A stretch of DNA of 64,000 bases, taken from the NCBI RefSeq assembly GCF_000143415.4, contig NW_003314319.1:710365-774364 (forward strand), read 5' to 3'. A model generated the notes under the pieces. The model had not been told where the DNA came from. It saw nothing but the letters and a program-made list of their open reading frames with translations, and made no database searches. The position numbers were made by a program, and so were the translations under genes. This document shows, one piece after another, positions 25,673 to 38,300 of this stretch (its first letter is position 1; the number at the start of each line of letters is the position of its first letter). This DNA comes from Selaginella moellendorffii. Lineage: Eukaryota > Plantae > Lycopodiophyta.

Positions 25673-28367
25673 CAGCGTTTGACAAACCCTTTCACCTTCC
25701 AAAGCAAAAATCCTCCTCAGAGTTTAACCTCCAAGGATTTTTCAAAATTCCCAGGATTAAACCTTCTAATCAAAATTTTCTCAAGTAAAAATCCTTTTAT
25801 TAATAAAAACATAAGGTTAAACAAGCTTACAACTGTGAGAAAATTTGTCGATAGTGTGCACTTTTGGTCCACAACTTCATCAAAGTTAAACTTCTGAATT
25901 TCAAGACCTTCAACTGAAATCCTTACGAGAGGATCAATTGTTTCAATACTCATTTGATTTCTGTATTTGTTCTTGATCAAGTTTATTCTGCTAAAACCTC
26001 ACTCGCAACTTGCAATGCTAACACACTGCACCATCCCAATTTCACCAACTCGAAGCAAGTTTGGAAAGCTCTCTGCCCAACCTGTTTGACTATGTATGAT
26101 GCTCCACATATCAATAAAATTTCGTCCTTTCCATTCCTTTGAGGCAAGTAGCTTCCAAGTCAAATACTCTTCCATGAAGGCTGAAGGATCCACAATGCCT
26201 TTAACAAGAACTCCATCCACCTCTAAATGCCTTCCATAAAATTTTGCAAGCTCCCTTGCCTCTGTAATCCCAAATTATTTGTTTTCCTTGACAAGGATTG
26301 GCAAATTAACCGGAGCTAGAACCTGCATCTTGGAGAGTATCCCTGTGTCTTGTAGTCGTTGTCTAATATTTGCAATGAGAGCAAAAGTAAAGGAGATTTG
26401 AAACTGCATAGCTTCTTGAAGATCACTTCCATCTTCTGATCGGATCAATTGCATAGTTTTGTAAGCATCTCCTTTAACTGAAACTCTCAAAGCATGGAGG
26501 AAGCCATCCTTACTACCACCATCAGGGATGCATGGATATGATTTGTTATCCATGGGATTACCATTCAAATCAATCTCATCACTAATGTAATATTTGTTCA
26601 GCTTCACAATAGTCTCTCGGCACAAGGGTCCAACCATGGTGATGTCGATTAGCTTCTCTTGGAATTTCTGATTGAGACTACTCATCACCTGTAAAATATC
26701 AGCCAAAAAATGCAAGACATACTTGTTCTTGAGAGTTCTCAGCTTGTTGTAAAGTTGCAGCTTGCCACTTCGTTTGAAAAGCTCAGCTATTGGCTCCAAA
26801 CATTTGCAAAGCTTAGGAAAAGCCCCTCCACGACTTAGCCATCTCGTATCCTGTATGCACTACAGCTTAAGCTTGGCATGATCGTGTTCCATCTCAATTT
26901 CCATCAACTGAGCCAACCTTTTCAAGCTTTTGCTGAAGTAAGCTGCTACCTTATTCACTAGTTTATCAATCGTCATGCATTGTGTAGCACATTCTCCATC
27001 CCCATAAGCATCTTCCACACATAAATTGGCTCAATGTGCCATACAATGAACACTACTTAAGAAGGGATTAATCTCCTTTAGCCTAGTTGCTACCCCTGTC
27101 CTGCTACCAGCCATAACATTACATCCATCTGAACCAAAACCTATGAACCGCTGCATATCTAAGTTCCACTGCTTAAGCATATCACTAATGCAGTTAAAGA
27201 TACTTGCTGCACCACTATCACCAATGTTGACAATCCCCAAGTAGCTTGTCTTCACACAACCACATTCGATGTAAGTCACATAAAAAATAGTGCTGAAAAT
27301 AGATCAAATCGTAAGAAAACTAATTCATCCACCATCAATCCAAAATAAAGACTTTCCCTGACTTTTTGTAAAATATTTTTAACCATAACCTGAAGTGAAA
27401 CATGAACCATATTAGAATCAATTAACATGGTCTCATAAACATACCTTGTTAATAGAAGTTATCAGTCGTGAACAACCTTTGTCACTATCGTAATATCTTG
27501 GAATGTTCATCCCATTAAGTCGATGAAGTTCAATCAACTCTAGAAAACGAGTGAATGGAGCAAATCCTTTTGCAATATAATAAGCAGAACGAAATAACAC
27601 AAACACCCCTTGTTCAGTATGGTGTAGATGCTTAATTGTAACTTTTAAAATTGATTGTTACTTCCCACGACGCACGTCCTTAGCAAATACAGACTCCTTG
27701 TGATCTTCAGAGTTAGCATGACTGCGTAAGGCACTTTTTCGAAAATTACTACTACCTTGTTTGCCAAAAATATTCTTAGTTCGTGGATTTCCCTTGCAAA
27801 TCCTGCAAAACATTGTGCCTTCAGTCACATCAAATTCTAACTAACAGTAGCTTTGCTTCTAATGCTCCTTAAAATGCCCTGATGCTGCATCACCATCTAG
27901 TTCCTCAATATCATTCTCAATCTCTGTTTGCACAACAACCTTCCAAAAATTTAGAGTTAATTGCCTCCCAAAAGCAAGATCAGTAGCTAAAGGACACTTC
28001 TTTTTACCTGGAGGTAATTTTAGCATTCTACCATGTTTAATTAAGTAGCACGCAGTGTCTCACCCGAGTGGGCTCTCGCTCCGGAAAATGACCTACCTAC
28101 TCCGCTGACAGGTGGTATGTAGTATATTTTACTAACATCTTTAATACTAAGTTAAATGTACTTATATTTCAATTAATTAATATGGGTTAACAAAAAAATC
28201 TTTTTCTTATTAAAATACCCAAGATAAAATCCTTTTGATATCAAATAACCAAAGTTAAATCCTTATACATGATTTTTTTCCCGGGCCGTAGATCCTTCAT
28301 GGTTTGATCTGCCCAAGAGTTTTAAAAAAGTTCCAGGTTTTTATATGGAGGCGTTTGTCGACCACTG
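25673..28367 (-). mobile_element. hAT DNA transposon (ZNF862-like transposase, degenerate), 2695 bp, with TIRs and an 8-bp TSD
   Basis: The TSD CTTGACAT lies at 25665-25672 and 28368-28375. The imperfect TIRs are CAGCGTTTGACAAAC and (reverse complement) CAGTGGTCGACAAAC. Transposase remnants include 'GFGSDGCNVMAG...SVHCMAH', 'DTRWLS' and the dimerisation region 'SIASCE*GFS...KNKYRNQM', with stops. An empty site is present at about 55852-55859. Confidence 0.92.
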
Positions 28368-28439
28368 CTTGACATGCTATGTACCGAAACAACGCTTTTA
28401 AAAGGACTCCATACCTTGGCAGCGGGCAAGGACCAAAGC

Positions 28440-28932
28440 ATGGCCGGGGCTAGCTTCTTCCTGTCCTTCTCGTCTCTTTTCTCTGCCTTCTCAGGTAAGC
28501 ACATCTTTTGAGCTCGCAGCTCTCTTCACTAACAGCTGATCTGCAGGAATGCTTCACCAAAAGCGGCTACGCGCTCTTCATCCCAGGCTACAACATCTTC
28601 CCTGTTGCAGGCTGCAAGAAAGACATCGGGCCACCTTACAAAGACGGCTGCAGCCTCGCATTCTCCAGATCCACACTCGCAGCACGTTGCAAAGTACCGG
28701 GGAGTGGAGTTCTTCGTGGACAACGTGACCATCGCGCATCTGACCCTGGATGATCTCCAGTGCACGGTGAGCTTCCAAGGTCCCATCGACCTGGACCGGG
28801 GCTATGGAGACTACGCTTGCCGGGGGAACTGCATCCTTGTTTAGAACCTCTGGAAGTGTCCAGGACAAGGACATTTGCTCCAGCGGGTCCAAGAGACTCT
28901 GGTACCTGACTGCCAACCTGGAGACCACGTGA
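28440..28932 (+). pseudogene. Possible remnant of a small secreted Cys-containing protein gene (family not recognised)
   Basis: A hydrophobic first exon 'MAGASFFLSFSSLFSAFS' ends at a GTAAG donor. Protein-like segments follow in three frames: 'ECFTKSGYALFIPGYNIFPVAGCKKD', 'YRGVEFFVDNVTIAHLTLDDLQCTVSFQGP' and 'DKDICSSGSKRLWYLTANLETT*'. Confidence 0.35.
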
Positions 28933-28982
28933 CGACGTAAGAACTGTAGCATTTTAGCTGAAGCGGACAGGATTTTTTCATC

Positions 28983-31900
28983 ATGGAGGTGAGCGGCTTG
29001 GTGAGCCCGCTGTGTGTCTTGGGTCTGGACGCTGCCAAGAAGGTATGGGACTGCAATGCCAACATTGAAAGGCTGGAGAATGCCATGGCACCCCACATCC
29101 AGGCCAAGATCAAAGCTTTCAGTGAGCACAAGGAGCGAAATGGACCTGGCTTTATGTTCTCTGAAGCGGCCGAGGAATGCTTGGAGCGTGTCAGGACATG
29201 GAATGGCAGGGCGCAAGAACTCTTAGGGTCACGCAACAACAGGATCTGGAGCCCCGTTAGACGGTATGTTGTGCAGCATTTTTGTGCAAGAAGGCTGAAT
29301 TTATTTCTCCCTATAGGTACAAGCGGAGTGGCAAGATCATGGAGTGCATAAGCTCCTACCAGGATCTCCTGTCGCAGATCGAAAGTCACGGGCACGAGCT
29401 GAATGTGGACATTGCGAAGCTGGCAAAGAGGGCGACCAGCATCCAGGCCATGCTTAATAAGTTTCATACTCACAAGCACCGGAATCCAGAGTTCCGCTAC
29501 TCTGATGGAGCCGAGGAGTGTCTTGATCTTGTCACAAAATGGAACGACAAGGCGCAAGCACTGCTGGGATCACAGTAAGCATATACACTTGAGAGCTTTA
29601 ACAGTACAGCTAAATGATCTATGGATGTTTCACAGGGAGAAGCGTTATGGCGAGATCTCGGAGCTCATTCACAGCTACGAGGGCGATCTCCTTCCGATAA
29701 CTGAAAGGTACGAGCGAGAAGAGTTGAGAGTGATACAGCCGAGCACTAGCTTCGCCGTACGGAGTTTCCCGCAAGACAGAGGCCCTGCAAAAAAATATGT
29801 ACGGCGTGTTGTTCCTGATGCCATGTTTGGGGACCATGAACTACTGGATGAGGTAGTGAATGCCCTCTTGGATCCTGAAGCCCGTAGCAAATGGGTTGGA
29901 CTGTTGGGAATGGGAGGGTGTGGAAAGACCACCCTCGCAAGCTGCGCGCACAATGACCCGAGGGTGCGCCAGCATTTCCATGACAACATTGTGTGGATCA
30001 CTGTGAAGAAAGATGCTTCGGAGGACGATCTCAAGGCCCAGCTCCTCAACGCTCTTGAATGGGGTGAATTGAAAGAGAGGGCCAAACGAAGCCTTGACGA
30101 CATGCAGCACTTGGCACGCGATGTTGCTGGTGGTAGCCGTGTCTTGCTGGTACTGGATGATGTGTGGGACTGGAGCTGGGCAAAGGAACTGGATTTTATA
30201 GCACGGCCATCCTCTGGCCGGATCCTGGTAACAACCAGAAAGGAAGGCATTTTGCGCAGCCTGGATGCAAAGGCATTTCCTGTGCATCAGCTATCAATGG
30301 ACGAAAGCAAAAAGATGTTTTGGAAGTTTGCCTTCGGTGTGCATGATCCACAACCCAGTGACCCTGATGTTGTGGGACTTGCCAAGAAAATAGCTCGAAA
30401 ATGTGAGGGACTTCCTCTCGCTCTGGAAGTGATTGGCAGTGCCATGGCTGTCCACAGAAGTGAAGGGCCACATGTGTGGGAAGAACGATATAAAAGGTTG
30501 CACTTGTCCAATGATCCAGACGTTGAGAAGCAGATGTTCAAGCGCTTGAAGTTCAGCTATGACGAGCTGGGAAACTATGAGGGTGAAAAGCTGCAAGAGT
30601 GCTTTCTCTATGTGGCCGCATTCCCAGAAGATAGGTGGATTGGGTTTACTGAGTTGAGGAACTGTTGGATGGAGGTTGGGTCAGAACTCTCACCCACAGC
30701 GATTGTCAATGAACTGGAACGGAGATGCCTGGTGAAGATATCTAAGTCTTGGAGGGATGAAGAAGCTCCTGGTTATATAACAGTACACGATATGCTACGC
30801 AAACTGTGCATAAGAATCTTAAAAGGGAAGTACAGCCCACAGCAAGAGCACGAGAAGGGATGCCTGTTTGGATATGAGTGGACAAGTGGCATTCAGGATG
30901 CAACATTTGCTAAAGTCTCACTCATCTCAAAGAATGTTGGCAGCTTTCTATCCGATAATCATGTGCGAGATGCCTTGCTTATTGCTCACTCTATAGGACT
31001 TTCTAATGTGGATGACAGTCTTATCGATCACATACAAGGTGTCAAGGTATTGAGCTTGCTGGAATGCTATATGATCCATTTTATTCCAGAGAGCATATCC
31101 AAGCTGAAAAACCTTCAAGTGCTTGACATTCGACGAACAAAAGTGAGTCAACTACCAGATGCGCTTTTCAGCCTGACATCACTGAAATATCTAAAGTGTA
31201 CTGAATATCTTGAGTGTAACATTGCATTACTGCCCCAGCTCTCCAACTTGGAAGAGCTGGTGCTGAAGGTTGATTCAAAAGAGGACTCATCAGTTGTGGA
31301 TTTCACTGGAATTTCGCGTAAACTAAGAATTCTAAAGCTAAGAATAAGACAGGGTACAATGAAGGTGCCAGAAAGCATGGGGAAACTGGAGCACATTGAA
31401 ACATTGGTTTTACATGCAAAGACCATCGACTTTACCAGTGTCGTTGGGCTATGGGAACTTGTCAACCTAAGAACATGTGAAATTTCTGTGTTATCCGTTA
31501 GTAGAGCTCCCTGGAAGCGAATGTTTAAGAAATCAATCAGGCTTCGACGTTTATCCATCACTCGGGTAGAAGACAGTGAAAATAATGGTGAAAGCGTTGA
31601 ATGGTTGCAACTACGATATTTACGCATCCGTGATATTATAAACCTATCTTTGTTGCCCCATCGCCTAGAAACACTTGACATTGACTGCGGTGGTATCCAC
31701 TTGTTCAACCTGGATGGATCATTCCCACATCTTGGAGATCTGCGTCTTACGAATCTACACATTGCACAGTCAGAATTCAAGGATGATTTGGCTGCCAGTC
31801 TTACAAATCTGAATAAGTTGGAGTTTGAGCTAGCTCCTGATATTGAATGGGAGCACTTGCCTCTCTTTGTGGCACAGCTCCCCAATCGCCTCGAGTATCT

Positions 31901-32252
31901 GACATTAAAGGGTTGCATAAAGAGACTGTTGTTGCCAACCGAGAGTTCATCACTTCAGGTTAAAGATATTTTAGTATCGAGCAAGAAGATGCAAAATGAT
32001 TTCTTTGAGCCATCAGATCAAATGGCTGATATAGATACCGTGTGGTTGAGGTGTCATGAGAGTATCGTTCCATCGTCCATTGCATCACTGCCAGGTTTGA
32101 AACGTCTTAACATTTTACATAACGATGCACTGTGGTCCCACAATCACAGCGAGGCCGCATTTCCCAGGCTGGAATCGCTATCCTGCCCGAAAGACATGAA
32201 ATTTCCACCTTGGCTTGAGGACCGCCCCAAACTCGAGATACGTAAGTTTTAA
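28983..32252 (+). CDS. NLR immune receptor (NB-ARC-LRR) with a tandemly duplicated N-terminal helical CC/RPW8-like domain; intact, 1051 aa predicted
   Basis: Exons 28983-29263, 29317-29574 and 29636-32252 splice in frame (3156 nt). Motifs are the P-loop 'GMGGCGKTTLA', kinase-2 'LLVLDDVWD', RNBS-B 'GRILVTTR', 'CEGLPLAL', 'LKFSYDEL', RNBS-D 'CFLYVAAFPED' and the MHD variant 'VHDML', followed by LRRs. Confidence 0.93.
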
Positions 32253-32337
32253 TTTCCAAAGCGTTTTGGTATTCGAACGTCTGTTGTTTGACATATTTCT
32301 CCTCTAAATCAATATATACAAAACTGCGACCGCACCG

Positions 32338-35300
32338 CTACTCTTCCACCAGGAGAGCTTCGCCTCTCACGTCCCTGGCAACCTCTAGCACCTCGGGTTT
32401 GCTCCTTGTCAATTCCAATTCTTGTTCAGCTGCTACCTCGGTTTTGCGCACAGCAGCACCACCTTTGCCGGCTCTTATCCTCGCCAGGAAACCTCTCACG
32501 AGAGCCTGCATTTTCGTTGCAGCGCCCTGGACGTACACGGCCTGGATCCGCTTCGCACGCTCGATGCGCAGAGTGAGAGGCAACCCCTGCGTTAATCCGA
32601 GCCAAACGTTAGTATCAAAAGCTTGGAATAGCAGCTACTTACAGTTGGTCCGATCTTATACAGCGTCAGCGTTTCCAGCAGCTCCTTGAAAGGGACTCCT
32701 TTGTTTGGAACTCGAAAACTCATCACCTCGTACTCTATTCTCATGTCAGAACAAAGAAAAAAACGAGTGAGAGACAAAGAGCGATTGAGAGGAACACGCC
32801 AAACCATTGGGTCGTGTATTTGTAGTGCCGGCCCAACGGATCCCCGAGGGCATTTACAAATCGTCGGAGTTTGTGCATGCCAATGTATCCCGTAGCACTG
32901 GACGATTGTAAAGTTAGTTCCACAAGGACTTGAACGTAAGTAAGTGGCTTACTTGGGATCGAATGGTTCTTGGCTCCACAAGTTTCGATATGCTAACAGG
33001 TGCTCCGGCATGACTAGAGTTCTCGTTCACAAGGCCGAAACAGCATCCAGTATGACAGCCACAAACAAGTTCATGAATATGTGACTCCCGACCAAGACCA
33101 AGAAGGCGAAGATACTTCGGCCCTCTGGATAGCCACAATCATCGCCGAGTAGTGTTTTACCGTTGGTGCAGGCGGGTGCATCAATTGTGGTATCCATCAT
33201 AACACAAGACCAGTTATCAAGATTTGTATCCTGTAAAAGAAAAGCAAAACTGAAAGTGATAGAAAAGCCAAGCCTTTACCTGAAACACCGGGATGAAAGC
33301 ATTGACGAAAGTGCGAAAGTTGACAGACGGGCCAATGCAGGTCCCTTCCTTCATTGCACTGAAGAGTTGGAACGCCATCCCCGCGAACATATACATGAAA
33401 ATTGCGAGAAGAGCGAGTATCTCAGCTACAGTTGGCAAACAGATGAACATTGTTCGCATAATAACCTGTGCTCTCGCTACGTGAGGAATGATGCAGAAAA
33501 CTTGAGCAATGTAGGCAGTGCGGCCGACATAGCCCTTCACCGTTCCCTTCTTTCCCATGAGACCAATGGCGGCCATTATGGAGAGTCCAAACTCCATCTG
33601 CCGTGCAACCTCGTTCTTATAGACCTTCCACTGGAGAAAGGAAAAACCAGGTGGTCAAACAAAAAACAATCGAGAAAAAGATGAATGAGGTACGTCGTCA
33701 CCAAGGAACTTCATCACGGATAAGCAGGAAATATGTTGTAATCGCACAGTGAGCCATCTGACGCCGGTCCGAAACAACTGCCGACTGCCCAGCATAGTTA
33801 GTCGCAAGTAGCCCGGGGTAGCCAAGGAGTGCGAGGATCATGCACTTTTGATATGTCGGATTACGAATCAAGTAGAAGCACATCCCCCGGATGGGATTGC
33901 TTGGTCGTCGAGCCAGCGGAATAGCATAAGTTTTCTGGATGATACGGTTCATGTCCCTCCGCAGCTTCTGCCTCTCTGTGAGAAGAACTGCTCCAGAATT
34001 TTTTCCAAACTCGTTGATAAACACCCCGATGAAAACTCTGACGATATAAAATCCCCCGATACAGCAGAATGCCACGAAAAACAAGGCGTTGACAGGACTC
34101 GCGTTCCGAACAGGCTGGTGGTCTTCCCTAGTGATGTCCATGACAGGATACATGAAGTGCATCAGCCAGTTCTCGAAAGTGGAGCAGACGAACATACTGA
34201 GCAGGGCATTCTGAATGTTGTCGAAGTGGAAAACGTTATTAACCCAGGCTCGTGGAGCAAGGATGCCGATGTCATTAACATAGAGGCCGGTACAATATGC
34301 TCGGTGCGTGATTGTCGGGTCATTGCATTTCCAGAGAAGTTCCCCGAAACTGCTGCAGCCCGATGGTTCCAAATATCAGGAGAATTGAAAATGTGAAGAG
34401 AATAACCGACACAATTGCTGGAATAGTCCGAAAAAGATTTGATAATAATGACCTCAGTCCTGTAAACCGAACCACGAAACGAAATGGCCAAAGAGAAGTA
34501 AACGCACCGACGGTTGGTATGGAAGTTTCACCCTCAGCGTTATACTTCAGAAGAATAAGCGCATTGGTGACGAGAATAAACAAGTCCAAGATGTTGTACC
34601 AGTCACTCAGGTATGCGTCTGGCGCAAAAATAAGTCCCTGTGCAACGATCTTCATCAAACAGTCTAGCAAAAAGACCTGCTTCAAAACAATGTACAATGT
34701 CAGGCAAAATAAGATAAGCATGTGCTTACCACAAAGTTGATCTTATGCAGACTACAGATGAAATCGGGGACAATTATCGGCTCTCCATCATCTCCCATCT
34801 CAACTACGAGCCAAGTATTGATGACTATCCAAACTATCACAAACCACAAGTACGGTTTACTGCCGATGATCTTCCTAGACAGGATCCTTATCGTGTTGCC
34901 CTCTCCAAATAGAAGAAGCGACCCTTCTCGCAAGTACCACGGTCTCTGTATGGTTGTAAGAGTTCTCTCGAGCTCTTCGTACTCCGCAAGCTGGAAAGAT
35001 TTCCTGTTGCTAGAGGCCCTGCTTAGATTTCTGCCAATTTTTGGACTGCTGAGAATCTTGTCGAGAGTTATCACGGCATCTTGAAGTGCGGTCCTTGAAC
35101 CCCTCCTTTCACCGATATTAGAGAAAACCAGAAACCTGTAAAACTTGGGAAGAACGCCTGTGGCGCGACGGCGGTGCTTCAGAAAACTCTGCAGCTGGAA
35201 CGACCGACGATGGGGCCTCTAAAGCGGATCCAGTAGTACCCCCATCAGACTTAGCAGCAGTTACTGCCGGGCGTTGACGACCCTGGGACCCCTTCTCTCT

Positions 35301-38300
35301 TGGCCCGGTCTTACGTGATCTTTGACGTTTAACATGCGAGTTGTCATCCGTCGCAAACCTTTCATTTCTTCTACCGCACCCACAACCCAGCTTCTGCTTC
35401 TTGTGAGTGCCTGACTTTGCATTCTCCTGATTAACTTCATGTGCTCCATCTGAAAGAAAATAGTTCTTAGATGCAGTTCTCATTTTTTACCTTACTCACC
35501 CGTTGGATTCGCTTCTTCTGGTTGTCAGTAAGCTCGTTTCTCTCGAGCAAGACAGCAATGATAAGATTCATAACGACGTAAACTGTCACGACGAAGTAAA
35601 AGACGTATAGAAACGGCGCCACTACGCTGCAAACACGAATGCGTCAATACTAGAGATACGTGAGTGGCTGCTTACTTGTATTGAACTCCAGGTCGCAGGG
35701 AATTCCACATTTGGTTTACCCAGGATTCAGCCATGGTTACTGTAAACCAGACGAGCATGGCTTCCAGTATGGAATCATGATTTCCTCGCGGATACTCTTC
35801 AGGAAAGCTGTAATACTGCCCACTGTACAATTCCATGCTGATGATAGAGATTACTATGATAACCAGAAGGAAAAAGAAAAAAACCCCCGCCAAAGAGCCA
35901 ACACTTTCCATGCAAGTAGCCTGCATCACGTATTAAAATCAATCAAAGTGAATGCAGCAACTCACCACTACACTGGGATATTTTGCAACATACTTCTTCG
36001 AAGAGTAAAACCACCGCTTAATTCTTATGGATGTTAAATTTGGAAACGAATGAGAACTGAGTGCCACAATAGATGTCAAAAAAACTATCAAGTCCAAAGT
36101 ATTCATTCTTGAAAATTTCAGGATCAGACCAGAAGACAACATGAAAACAAAGAACTCACCATCGTCAAGAAAATCGCCAGGACCGTATGCTAGAAAGCGC
36201 AGCAGAAGTTCCCCGCTGAAAGCAAAAAGCATTACTGCTTGCAACCCGTCTGCATACAAAATTTATCATGCTGAACGAATAGAAAGGAAGTCGTGAAATG
36301 AATACCGAGCGTATGCAGCAACCGTTTTGACATCCCATACTTGAGGGACGATAAGAGCACGACGTTAATGGTGACACTGAGAAGTACTCCCCACTGAAAC
36401 TTGGGATGTTCGACGATGTCGCGGCTTTTTTCGGAAACTGTCAACGCTGCTTGAACTCCTAACGTCATACTTCGACTGAAAGACCTACTGGACCGCACTC
36501 TCATTGATCTGGCTTGAAGGGCAGTCCGCCGGGAGGTCCGTGTCCGATTTTATGCTCTCGCGACATTCTGCTGCACCTTTCTTGACCTGTCGAGTAAGCG
36601 GTTATACCATGGCATGTGCGAGTCGGCTTTGACGATATTGTCTTTCAGCACTTGTGCCATCATCGTTGCATCGTAAAAGGACACCGAGGTTCTACGGGCT
36701 TTCCTCAGCAAAGCCTGGATAATAACAGCTTAACTTAACCCAAATCAGTCGGTCATTAAAAACAAGTGTGCACCTGATGCTCTGATCGAACACGAAGAAA
36801 TACACCACTGATACCGGCGATGAAAACGTTCGCCAGGAAATATGTACCCAGAACAGTTAACGTCATAAAGTAAGTATCTGTGGTGCAATGGCTTGTGTAA
36901 GCAATAAAAGAAACAATGTCAACGCCTTACTGGCTCGCTCCCCTTCAGCATCCTTCACATCATGCATGACGAGGCTCCATCCTTCCAAAGTTATCACCTG
37001 CAGAGTGACCACTTTGAAGTGTGCTAAGGCGATAAGATGCTATGAAGTGACACAAACCTGAAACATGGTAAGCAGCGAATACCAGAGATAATCAAAAGTT
37101 GTCGCTCCATGGTTGGGATTCTCGTATGTCTACAAACAAAGAGATGGATAAGGAATGAGCTTATAGAAAAAACTCACCATACAGTTCTGAAAGGTAGACA
37201 TACGTAGCCGCCAGCAGCTTTTAGTCACAAAAGCGCATGGGATAAGCAAGTTGCTTGTCCGCTGTTCGAAAGCACCTGCCCAGGAGGATTTTGATTTCAC
37301 GTGATAAGAACTATCGAGATTACCTTTGATTCAACGAGTTTTGCAAGAACTGCGTGCCGAGTAGAGAATAGAAAACCAACAGAAAAAACGTCGAAAGGAT
37401 AACGTTTTGGAGAGGACCAACGCCCTTTTTCACGGCCGCCATGATGGTCTATTGTAAAGTGTTAACAATGCATAGATCAGAAATTTACAAACCATACTAT
37501 GACATCGGCAAAAAATATGATGTGCTTCAACGCTAGCAGGCCCCGAAACATGCGGAACACGGCTATCCACGCGAAAAAATCATGTGCAGTTATGCACCTC
37601 CCAAAGAGCTGGTGAAACACTTACGACCATCAAATACAAAACCTCAACATTACCAGGAATCGAAAACAATGACAAAGTCGAGCCTATTGTATGGATTCCG
37701 CATGTAGCAGTGACGACCTCTGATAAAACCAAGAGCCAAAATTCGTAACACCATTTCAATCCTACAAACACAAGTGTGAGGGGAAACCTCGAAGAGGGAA
37801 ACAACAATTACGTATAAAGCGCTGTGATGAGCCCGTCCAGGAAATCGATGTTGAAACTCCACACATGTGTCCATCGTTCATGCCTAGACCCCGCCATCGC
37901 TTGAAAGACAAGCACTGCCATACGGAGCATATGAGAAACACAAGAATATACTCGGCTCTCCTGCCACCATAGCAGGAAGGATGGTAAACTTCTATCCACG
38001 TACTGATTGTAGAGAAGCCTGAAATGTATAAGCGTGACGGGCTGTAGAAGCTCCAAATTCCAAGCTCCAGTCCCGACAGCACTCTGCCTCGCCTTTCTTC
38101 TTATATCTTAAACAGAACATAAGAACTCTCCAAAGTCGAAGGAAGTAAAGTTACCATGAGCCTCTTGATCGCAGTGTAAGCCCTCTTCCAGTTCTTGGTT
38201 GCCCGGGAATCGGGAATCGCTCGGGCCAGTTGATCCAGTGCGGCAATCAATGCGGCAGACGAAGACGATGACGCTGCTCGGTCACAATCCGGCGCTGCTT

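Noticed and set aside
29403-29635. N-terminus of the 949-aa ORF in the track as the real NLR start
   Set aside because: It begins at a GTG, is out of frame with exon 2 and reads through an intron. The spliced model from 28983 is coherent.
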